Part shown: in pieces, positions 1 to 10,807 of the stretch
Layout: each line of letters begins with the position of its first letter
How positions within the stretch are numbered: position 1 is the stretch's first letter
Assembly: GCA_910592345.1 (NCBI GenBank)
Contig: CAJVPI010000285.1
Location: 1 to 36,795 of the forward strand
Direction: 5' to 3'
Length of the DNA stretch: 36,795 nucleotides
Source of the DNA: Paraglomus brasilianum
Taxonomy: Eukaryota
Notes under the pieces: model-generated
The model's input: the letters and a program-made list of their open reading frames with translations, nothing else
Databases searched by the model: none
Told to the model about the DNA's origin: nothing
Translations under genes and position numbers: made by a program

Positions 1-901
1 TAATCCCACCGAGAGAAATAGACGTATTTACTCGAGGTTAATTAGAAATCCAGAGAAAGCGTACGCAAGAATCGAACTTAGCATCGTGAGCGTTTAAACC
101 CAACTTAAAGGTCACCAAACGTTAATAGCGGATTTACCGAAGTAGAGGTAATCAAGGATCTCGTTGGAAAAAGGCTAAATCCCAAGATCAATATTCGTTC
201 CGCTTTCCCCCGAGTATTGGCTCGACACAAGCAATCTTTATCAACAAGGAACGATCTTTCATAAGTCATTTGATCAGTGGAGGCTTTGTGGGATGCTTTA
301 TGTGTAAAACTGTTTTCCTTTATTATTATGCTTCTATTTTTTTCGTTTTTCTGGTCCATCATAAATTGGTTTAATGTTCGTTTATTAGTTATTTTTTCCT
401 TCTTGGTAAATTTCATAAGTGATTTGTTCCTTATCCAGATATTCCTGGTGAGTTTTACTTTAAACATAAGATGCAATTTTTCCTCCTTGAGCTTTCTTTA
501 GAATGCTTCTAATAGTACCGTAATTTTGGATTTCATAGTGGATTTGATGTAAATTAGTTTCATCTTATAGACATAATCCTATATTAAGCATGTTGTAAAT
601 GTCTGCTAGTTTCAATTAAATTTCAGTCATATTTATGTTTGAGCACAGTTGTGTCACTAAAGCAAAACCTTTCCAAAACATCGTCTGTCACTTAGTTAAT
701 ATCAGCCGTATAGTCAATGATGTCTGATTTTGTTGCATTTATAGCTTTACCGGTTGCTATTTATGTTTACTGCCTAAAGTACTAACAACCTGACTTTATT
801 TAATAGTCACGTGCAACGTATGTGGCGTTTGTTTGTCATTAGCCGCGACGACCTGCTTTATAAAATCATGGAATGTTCTTTTCATCATTTTCAATTGTAT
901 A

Positions 902-2119
902 ATGGATAGTAGACCTCTTCCCCCAGGGTGGATAGCTCAGGTATTGCCATTGCTATGTTATTACCTGTCCGGAAATTTTGAAGCTTTTACAAGGATAGGA
1001 TTGTAGGATAGGGTTTCTTTTAATTCATATTTATATTTATATATTAGTGGGATACAGCTACCGGTGCTTATTATTATGTTGGTAGGTTTTCTTGGTAAAA
1101 GGCATGCTTTTTAGCTTCGAAATTATCTAAAGTTTATTATGCTAATATACAGACACGAATAAGAACCCTGTATTTACAACCTGGGAAGATCCAAGGCCCG
1201 CATATTATGCTCACGAAACCTCGCCTGCCCAACGGCCTCCAGGCTCCCAACCACCAACCCAATATCCATCGAAAAATAATAAACATGACGAAGCAAAAGC
1301 TTCTTCAAATACTCCATTGAATGATGATAAAAAGAATAAAACAAAAGGTTCTGCTCCATATCCTCCGTCGAATATTGACAAAAATAACGAAATAAAAGGT
1401 CCTGCTCCATATCCTCCGTCGAATAATGATAGAGACAATGAAAAGCCGGGTTTTCCTCAGCCAATGCCAACTCCTGCATTATCTTCCTCGCCAAACCCTC
1501 AATCATATCCACCAGCATATCCACCAGCATATCCACCAGCATATCCATCAGCATATCCGCCCGCATATCCGCCAGCATACCCATCAGCATACCCATCAGC
1601 ATATCCACCAGCATATCCACCAGCATATCCATCAGCATATCCACCACAACCACAAGGCTACACCGGATATCCCTCTGTTGAGAATAAAAGTCAAGGGAAC
1701 TATAATGGGGGACCGCCTCAATCCCACGATTATAATCCAGGCAGTCAGGCTGCTCATGGTAGCCCCTCTGCTGAAGCCAGTGGTTCGTCGGAAGGGAAGA
1801 AAAAGGGGATATTTGGTAAATTGGCTACATTTGGTGCGCTGAGCGGAGGATTGTCTCATGGAATTGGACGTGGTCATCATAAACCAGGATTAGGAAAACT
1901 TGGCGGAGGGTTGGCGCTTGGTGGGCTAGGGGGAGTTGTAAGTATTTAAAATGATTATTGTCCATGACTTTTCGACAGTGTTCTCTAATCTTATTGTTGG
2001 TTGTTCTTTAGGCTACTGGTCTAGCCCTTGGGCGTCTGGGCCATAAAGGATTTGGTTTTAAAGGGGTTGGATTTAAAGGTGGCTGGGGCAGTGATGATGA
2101 CTTTGGTGACTGGGATTAG
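902..2119 (+). CDS. WW-domain, Pro/Tyr-repeat, Gly-rich protein (Wwm1-like architecture), 321 aa, 4 exons
   Basis: Exons 902-940, 1048-1081, 1153-1937, 2012-2119 with GT-AG introns join in frame. N-terminus MDSRPLPPGWIAQ|WDTATGAYYYV|DTNKNPVFTTWEDPR has the WW signature (LPxGW...YY...TWxDP). It is followed by YPPA/YPSA repeats, a Gly-rich hydrophobic segment and the acidic end GSDDDFGDWD*. Confidence 0.88.
1344..1445 (+). repeat. Two-copy 51-bp coding tandem repeat (KG[SP]APYPPSNxD[KR]xNEx)
   Basis: aaaggttctgctccatatcctccgtcgaat at 1344 and aaaggtcctgctccatatcctccgtcgaat at 1395, 51 bp apart. Confidence 0.9.
1506..1649 (+). repeat. 12-bp coding minisatellite, 12 units (YPPA/YPSA)
   Basis: Units tatccaccagca / tatccatcagca and synonymous variants; translate as YPPA x7, YPSA x4, YPPQ x1. 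Confidence 0.95.
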
Positions 2120-2450
2120 TATAATTTCTCGTTTCTTGGGAATGTTTTAATGTACAGTAGTTAATGTTAAAGGAGATTCATATGAATTTATATCCATAAA
2201 TAATAAATGATTGTCTTATGTTTATTAGGCTTTGAATGTGAAAAACGAATAAATTATGACTTGCATGTTATTTAATATTTACAGTTGTCCGAACATCATT
2301 GACATTTCTAGCAACTGCTTGCGCATGAATTGTCTCAAGTAATCATGACCGTCAACGATTTTATCCCACATAGACTCTCATTCTTCTTTGAATAAAATAT
2401 ATATTAAAAAATCAGAAACACACTATGGCCGTTGACCAGGGTCTGCCGTT

Positions 2451-4186
2451 ATGTCGCTGGCTACGTTCAGCTCTGGTCTCCTACTAGATCTTTCTGCAAA
2501 TTTCAAGAAATTGTATGATTCTGGTGAAGACCACGACGTTATATTTAGAGTTGGAGTGGAGGAGAGCGAGTTTAGGGCTCACTCCAGCATTTTGAAAGCG
2601 AGGTCAGCTTATTTCAATGCTGCATTTTCGAATATGTGGGCAAGGAAGGAAGACGGAGTGTTTGTATTTACGAAAGACAATATATCGAGCGTTGTATTTG
2701 ACCGAATACTCAAGTAAGACCAATGAATTTGGATGTATTATCGATGGTATTATTGGATCTGATTGCTATCACTTTCACTGCTATAATACAGATTTGTCTA
2801 TAGCGGGTCAATAAACCTGGATACAATGGAGACCCAGACATTACTTGAACTTCTCATTGCTGCCGATGAATTGGAGCTGCAAAGTTTGATTACCTACGTC
2901 CAAATTCATCTCATAAGCAAGTGTACGAACTGGTTGCGTCGACGAATTAACATGGTCTTGGTTCTGCATATAGTGTGCGAACATGAACCATTTGATCAAT
3001 TACGAGAATATGTCTTGGAATATATCTGTCGGGATGCAAAGCCATTTTTTGAATCAGATGAATTTACTACTCTGAGAGAAGATGCATTGGCCCTTATATT
3101 AGCACGAGATGACCTGGAACTGGATGAAGTAAGAATATGGGACAACGTTATACGATGGGGCATAACACACGCTGAATTACCACTCAGCGTGAGCAACATA
3201 GAATATTGGTCGGACGCTGAATTTGAAGCATTGAAAACAACATTACAGCACATTATTCCTCTTGTTCGGTTTTTTTACTTGTCGCCTGTGGAATTCGAAA
3301 CTAGAGTTATCAGATTATTTCGTAAACTGATTCCTTACAGTATGCAAACACGCGTATACGAATACTATTCTAACCCGAATATGCTTGACACCAAGTCAAC
3401 CGTACCACTGCCTCGAGTATCAGCCTTTCCTTTCGATTCTTCTATAATATCAGCGAAAGATGTTGCTCAGATAGCCAGTTGGATAGATAATAGACGCAAG
3501 CAACCATACAACTATGCACGAATACCATACGAATTCAAATTAATACTTCGGGCATCACGCGACGGGTACGGCGTTGATACGTTTCACAAGTTATGTGATG
3601 GATATGGACCAACAGTGGTAGTATGTAAAGTGAAGGAGACGGGAACTATAATTGGAGGGTTTAATTCGTTATGCTGGCATGGCTATTATAAATGGGGTCC
3701 TCGCAGATTTGCATACAGAGAGGAACGCAAAGAGACATCGGAAAATTTCCTATTTACGTTTGGTGACACCAGAACGAGAGCACATACACGAGTTGTCAAG
3801 GTCAAGTCCCAAAATGTGGACGAAGCAATAATATGGGATGGCGGTAAAGGGCCTTATTTTAATAGTGATTTAATGATGGCATATTCACCTCTGGTAAACG
3901 GGAATCATAACTGGAAATGTCAGCAATTGGTAAGTCGTTAGATGAAAAGTGAGCATGTGATTTCTATCTTCATATAATTGTTATAACGATATATATCCGT
4001 ACGCAGGCTTATGAAGCCCCCATTCTCGATGGTCCGTCATCCATCTTTTCCGTCGATGAATATGAAGTGTTTCTTGTTGTGGAAAAGTCGTTTATGCTTG
4101 TCTCTTGGTCAGTCAGATTGTTACGAATTATCAGATGGGCGAAAAGATACATTGCTAAATGGTGGGACTATGTTGGATTAAATTAA
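2451..4186 (+). CDS. BTB/POZ-BACK-TLDc domain protein, 3 exons
   Basis: Exons 2451-2713, 2792-3929, 4007-4186. BTB motifs DVIFRVG...FRAHSSILKARSAYF...ILK|FVYSGSI...LLIAADEL; BACK-like LARDDLELDEVRIWDNVIRWG; TLDc motifs LILRASRDG...FHKLCDGYGPTVVVCKV...IIGGFN...GPYF...FSVDEYEVF. Confidence 0.92.
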
Positions 4187-4367
4187 ACGCTTTTTCATAT
4201 CTAAGTGAATGACAAAATCAAATACAGAATAGCGATAATATTCACAATAGTCGATATCAATCATATTGCTTCAAGATTTAGTTAGGCATATCACATTTTA
4301 GATGTTGCACCGAATAAAGGATGTTAATATGAGGGAAAACAAGACGAGTTCTTGGAAGAGAATTATA

Positions 4368-5574
4368 TTATTTATTTGCATCTTTAGCTTCTTCTCCACA
4401 ATTAACCTTGTCCGTGTCGGTGCGCGAGTCTGCTGCATCTCGTAAATCACATAGCTCCTCGATATTATATTTCCTCAGCTCATTGTAATCTCTAATCACA
4501 CTTAGACCGCAAATCTTCTAAAAGGAGGTCGTCGAATTGTAAGTGGATAAAATTTATGCTGAATTGACAAATACTATACATGCCTTGAATATTTCAACTA
4601 TAATAACGAGCTCAGGCTCATTCAAGTTAACCACATGACCATCCCCAACCACTTCGGCTATTTTCTTGATTAAGTTCATTCTGACGATTTGTTTGTTGAA
4701 CCTAATCCTAGGTTGAATGGCAAACTGATCCGCGAATACATTTTAATATCTAGAATACAGAATAGATATATAGAATGTCCATTATATCATGTGCTCACCT
4801 TTATCTGTCGTTTCTCATTCTCATCTTCAGGATGAAAATGCGGTTTAAGCAATTCCTTAGCCATGCACTCGATATCTTCCATATCAGCATAACAGGTTTT
4901 CTCAATCGGAATAAGGCGTTGAATGAATCTAGTTGACTTTTGTCTAGTAATAGCTAAATCGCTCAGAATCGCATGCACAAGTTCTACAGGCGCAACGGGG
5001 TCTGCCACCTTTATGAATATGACTGCCTAAATGAGAAGTTTTTATCGAGTCTAAATTAGGTGCCAATACGTGGAGAACGAAAGGATATAAGACGTCAGCT
5101 GCAGAAAACGAGCAACTTACGACAGTCTGCGTCAATCAGTATAGACGTAAATCGATTCGATTTTGCTGTCAATTTTCGCCTTTCCAAGTCAATTGATAAC
5201 GCAATATCGACTTCATCGAGTGACCCTTCCTCAACTGGGTAAAGTTCATTGGCGTACTATGATTAATTCGCACGAAATTTATAGACTATCGATATCACTA
5301 GGGATTCAAATATTCTCAATACGAAAAAATGCAAGTAATTACCCGATTAAACAGATCATAACATTCTCCAACAGACTTGCCTTCTTTCCCTCGAATGCAG
5401 CTCACAAAGACACCACTCATATTTGCCTTCAGCCCTCTGTTGCGAGGGAAGTACTCTATGTCAACAGACAAGTCGAATCATTTAACAGTTGGGTTCGGTC
5501 AGTAAACCAATTAACATAACGTGCTCACTATTTTTGCTTTTATGTTTGCCTTCGAAGTCTTCTTGCGATGCCAT
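4368..5574 (-). CDS. TAN1: THUMP-domain protein, Tan1/THUMPD1 (tRNA ac4C adaptor)
   Basis: Six spliced exons: MASQEDFEGKHKSKN|KYFPRNRGLKANMSGVFVSCIRGKEGKSVGECYDLFNR|YANELYP...DADC|LIFIK...KSTRFIQRLIPIEKTC...|FAIQPRIRFN...HVVNLNEPELVIIVEIFK|KICGLSVIRDYNELRKYNI; these are characteristic Tan1 motifs. Confidence 0.9.
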
Positions 5575-6288
5575 TTCAAAGTGATCGGATGTGAATGTTA
5601 ATATTAAACATTTATTACAAATCAGATTCATCACATGATTAACTTCACTGCGCATTACAATAGCATGCTAGCATTACAACTTCCGAAAATTTATTTACCA
5701 AAAAGAAAAAAAAACAAACACAAAGGAAGAAGGAAATAGAAAAGAATCTAAGATTTACAAAATGAATGCATAGAAATAATGCTGTCGTAATGTTCATAGA
5801 GGGAGCTCTGCACACTATTTACTATGTCTGCCTAGTTAGCACAAGTGCGATAAACAATTTGTTCTTATTTGACTATTTTCAAAAATTAAACTTTGTGACT
5901 AACATAAACACCGAAAAATTTATTAGATGGCTGTCAAACATCAAGTCAAAAGAGCCAACCGTAATTTCAGACACCCTTTACATGGCCTCCCTCATTGGCT
6001 TGTTAACGTATCCGTTATATGATACAATCTTCGTTACAATTGAAGAAATTTTATCTACAAGTTTTCATGAATTCCGATAATTATGACGCTTGTTTTCATC
6101 TCCCATAAGTGTACGTTGTATTGCATGGTAAATAGCCAGATGACTGGATTCGAGCAATTATATAATACCAAGTTTAGCGAAACTCCAGCACACGCATTTG
6201 ATATTTTGTTCCTGGTTGAATTGTCCAAGCCTTATTACATACCTTAACATTGACTAGTATTGACGTACATGCATAAAATCCCCTGTTT

Positions 6289-9124
6289 TTAGCTACGTTT
6301 TCGTCTTTTGTAATCCATCACTCGATCTACGGATACTCCATCTGATGGATCCGATAACGACGATTGTCGAGATGTTGCTGGAGGTACATTATCCTTTGGA
6401 TACGATGACGGGGAAGGTGAGGATGGTCCTGTTGGAGAACGCTGTGAAGACGGCTGAGGTGGAGGCATTTGGGATACGGGTGAGTGAGTGTCCATGTGCC
6501 TATCACTTGGGTTCAATAAATTGCTATCAGATCCAAAGCTTAACGATGGAGATGATTGAGGTGAAAGCCTATGGGGAGATGGTAATGACGGAACATGATG
6601 TTGAGATGGACTCTGGCGATATTGAGACGTTTGAGCGGCCGGCATTTGATTTGGAGGAGGAACCGGTGGGCTCCTGTATGAACCGTTGTTATTAGTGCTA
6701 CTGCTACCTGAGCCGTTACCTGCACCCACAGGTGTTACGGGCTCGGGAGACCTGTGCCGAATACTATATTGGCTTTGCTGATAATGCTGGGGAGGGAAGC
6801 TGAAATCCGGAAGCACTGCAAGTGGACTCGCTGGCTGTATTTTAACGGTGCGGTGCTGAGATGGAGGACTACGCGATGCAGAATATCCGGAGCGAGGATA
6901 GTCAATATCCGATATCGGTACTGTTCCATGAGGAGAGCCAGTGTTGTCAGCGCCTACTGCCGAGTTTGGTGTTGAAGGTTGTCTCTGGCTCGGATGTAAG
7001 CCATCTCTGTAATGAGGAATTGACGAGGGAAGCGGTGTAGATGCGTCGTTCTGCCCAAGTTTAGCTACTTCTGCCTGAAGTAAATCCACTATCATACAAC
7101 ATATGTTATTAGTTAGAATATTACTCATAAACAATTCAAGACATCTAGTGCATCAAGCTCACCGTCGAATTTTCGCTTCCGAGATATGTTGTGGGTATCT
7201 CCTTCCTCTAATAAAAAGAGTGATGACGTCATTAGTATTACAAGATAGTCCGGCGGTCCATGCGATATAATAGTAATGTCATACCTTCATGACACATGGA
7301 TGTAAGTATTTTTGAAATATTTGTGATCACCTGTGTATGGGGGTTAGAATAATAATAAAATATATAAGTAAGGGAGGGTGAAAGAATTCACATGCTCTAA
7401 GAATACGAGTTAATGATTCTATGGTTGTTATAAAAATATATTAGTGCTTGTTTCTAATTATGCCAAAATTCCGAATGTCTAGGACGGTCGGTAGTATATA
7501 ATTGTAATTAGATTCTTATGTACCAGCGTAAGTTTCGCTTGGAGCATCCGACAAGAGACGGTCTCGGCATAAAGCATGCTATAGTTTTCATTCATTCGCC
7601 TTATCCGATCCGTTATTTCGGCCACTTCCTTCGATAGTTGATCTATTTTATTATCTCTCATAGCATCTGTTTCGCCTGCCGAACCGAGATTAGCTCCAGT
7701 ACCTCCCATGCCTCCCTTCATCATTGTATTGGCATTAGGATGTGGTTTAGAACTTTTTCGTTTAATGTGCTGTAGAGCTTCCATATGCCCTCTACGAAAT
7801 TCGGGATGTTTAAATTCCCATGCTTGAGACTCGCTCGATGGATTCGCATGAAACATATCATTAACTATAATCAATTTAGAGTTGCCATATATGGAAGGAT
7901 GTAGCCAGGACATTTTAGTGGGACAGATTAGGAATCGGCATACGTTTATCAAATGTAACTACAGTCATGCAAGCCAACAATATGTGCATCGAAGTTTCTG
8001 AAAGATCGTACACACCTTTATGGAATCCGTACACTGCATTCCAGAAGCACCAATATTGATGACAAATATGTGGTGGAACAGATCAGAATCAGTCATTTGA
8101 TGCAGCAGATGAAAGAACAGCAAGAAAGAACAATAGGATATACTTCGCCCCATATAATTATCAACATACTGTTTAGTTGTCTGACAAAGCTCTGCCAATT
8201 ATTGTGTTTGAAATACTGTGGAAGGACAGTTTTTGAGAATTCGGTTGGATTGGAGACACTGAACACATCACCGGAAGGTGCCCATGCAATCAAATGTTGT
8301 ATTGATATATCTTCAACCATTCTGTTTGATAGAAAAAAGAAAAAGAAACATTACAAAGCGATTGAGTGAATAACTAGGGTTAAATTGACTTTGATCAAAC
8401 AAAATTATTAATAGGTCATCGCAAGAAAGAAACAATAATCATTATTGACGGAAAGAGAGAGCAATTGAAAGACGGCAGAACTCCATTTGGGTTCAGACGC
8501 GTCTTCAGATTCAGTCTTTTGCGAGCTATATAATTAGGGTATTTAACGAGGAGGGTGTATAAAATAAAAAGTTCATTGGGACAGACTTTGACGAAATTGA
8601 ATAAAAATCTTCAAATGGTATCAAATAAATTAGTGCCAAAGAATATCTTTTTTGAATTCATATGTTTAGTATTGTCAAATGGGATCGTTTATCCCTTCAA
8701 TTGTAGAGAATACTTACGTGTACAGTTTATTTACAAATGCTGCTTGAGTTTTATGTGTTGTTCCTTGCGTTGAAATAGAGTTGACAGTGTTTCCTGTAGG
8801 AGCTGCTGTCGAGGCGGTGGGAGTTGTAGGAGACGTTTGAACGGGAGACGATTGAATGGGAGACGTTTGAGCAGACGACGCCGCTTTTGCAGGGTTTGTG
8901 ATTAGAGGCTGTGGGGCAGGCATGTTCTTTGTTGGCGGAGAAGTAGTTGCAAATGGGGAAGGGGCAGAGACGATTGAAATCGTAGGAGAGGCGGGAGAGA
9001 CGGGAGGAGCTATATTTGAGGCAGGTGTTTCGCTCCTTGAAGGCAGTGAATCTGTTGGTTTGTCAAGAAGATTATTGTCTTCATTAACGGTGATAGAAGT
9101 GGTCTTTTCCATAGTCATAGCCAT
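6289..9124 (-). CDS. HSF-type DNA-binding transcription factor (Sfl1/Mga1-like, no receiver domain), 7 exons
   Basis: HSF DBD split over exons 9124-8718, 8321-8170, 8033-8016 and 7864 onward: [13 protein letters not shown]...[13 protein letters not shown]...[29 protein letters not shown]...[11 protein letters not shown]...IKRK. A coiled-coil, two small exons (about 7330-7285 and 7207-7163) and an S/P-rich C-terminus ending KRRKRS follow. Confidence 0.92.
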
Positions 9125-10691
9125 GGGGCTTCTGGTATCTGATAAGTAGGTAGGAGCCAGCTTAGAAGGGCGGATTTGTGGTTGATGATAATGATCGAGA
9201 AAAGGTGAAATGAGTAAAAAAATTTTTTGTTAAAAGGCGGAGCACGGAAGTTCCTGTGGGAAAGAAACATTTCATACATCGAGATCGTTTATTCAGATAG
9301 CAGAAAAGCAGTGTATATATAATCTGATATGTAGGAGCGACCCTTACCAGCAAGAAGTCTGTGTCACTAGTTATATATATATATATACAAGTGCTCTACA
9401 CTCGATTCATATGAGATGAATGTGTAATTTCAGATTAAGCATCATCCACATTTTCACGCTGGAATGATATTCTTCTTGTTTATATATATGATTTGGGGGA
9501 TTTGTATAAATAGGGGGGAATAAATAAATAGATATAAATAAATACATAAGTATATTAATATATATAATTGTACTTATGTATATTAAGTGATATGTGTGAT
9601 ATGTGACTGATATGGAAGTATCACGGCTCTTTGTTGAACTATGTACCAATTTATTGTTAGATATCTCATTTCAGAAAAGCTTATGTTGCTAACCTGCATA
9701 CATATATATATGTGTATGTATATTAATATATGTGCAGCTCATGATTGCACTATTGTTAATTAGATTTTGCTGAATATGAGGTGTCATCCATGGAAATGAC
9801 GACAGTGACTGGTGCAAACGCGTGCCCTTTCCATAGAAAATTTACTTAAGCTTAATTCGAACTTTGATCGTCTACCTTGCCATCGACGGCACGGAAAAGC
9901 TTCCTCGATAATAATAAGCCGATTACATATACATGACTATGATGAGCCCCGCAGCCAACCAGCAATCTTTGCCGTTTTTGTTGTTACCTTCCTACTGTAT
10001 CATAATCATTGTATTCCCTCTATCATAAATTACCATATTGGAATGTTGGAGAACGTGAAGCTGACGAAATGCTGTAGATTTATGGAATTATTGAGTTTGT
10101 GTATCAGTATCGGATAGATACGTATATATGTTGTTGCAATGTATATTTATTTGTATGATTTCATATGTATCAATTCTATACGTACAATATTAATTTTAAT
10201 ACAAGTACAAAGCATTACCATAAAGGAAAAAGCTTATTATCAAATCAGCATATACAGTACGCACAAGGCTTTTCAAGAAATTTCCAATCTAAAGCTTGCT
10301 TACATTGTTACGGGGCCGTTTGACAATTGTATTTTCCTATTGAAATAATAAACGCTGACAAAGAACAGTGTTTTGAACGCTTGCGCTATCACAACATTAT
10401 TGCATTGGACGCGCTAACCCTGCTTGCAACCACAGGGAGCAGGTATGGCGGAGCAACAGAAAAGCCAGAACAATAGAGTAGATAACAGTAACAAATATAT
10501 CAAAGTGACTATTAGATAATCACATCCTTATATCAACATGCCGATCCTGCATTCCTATATGTACAAATTATTAGATAACATGGGTTGACGCAATAACATA
10601 ATATAAATATATATTATTAATATCACCTAATATTAAAGTATTATTTTTATCTGTTTACACTTCGTACATTAATCTTTTATTGTAATAACAA

Positions 10692-10694
<3 letters not shown>

Positions 10695-10764
<70 letters not shown>

Positions 10765-10807
10765 TACTACTGCTATTATTATCATTATCATCATCATCAT
10801 ATCATCA
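10695..10807. repeat. Compound microsatellite (TTA)23 followed by CTA/TCA variants
   Basis: Uninterrupted TTA run 10695-10763, then ctactactgctattattatcattatcatcatcatcat. Confidence 0.97.

Noticed and set aside
105..540. Minus-strand 123-aa ORF with a faint resemblance to non-LTR retroelement C-termini (IWIRNK...EKITNK)
   Set aside because: No diagnostic motif, non-ATG start and an upstream in-frame stop; too weak to call.
1506..1649. Tandem repeat as a possible CRISPR array
   Set aside because: Contiguous 12-bp coding units with no spacers, no cas genes and a eukaryotic context.
1174..1842. Alternative-frame ORFs with HIHQ and MLVD repeats
   Set aside because: Shadows of the 12-bp YPPA minisatellite, which lacks stops in other frames.
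5163..6080. Plus-strand ORFs of 118 and 104 aa
   Set aside because: One is antisense to TAN1; the other lies in the TAN1-HSF spacer. Neither has domain features.
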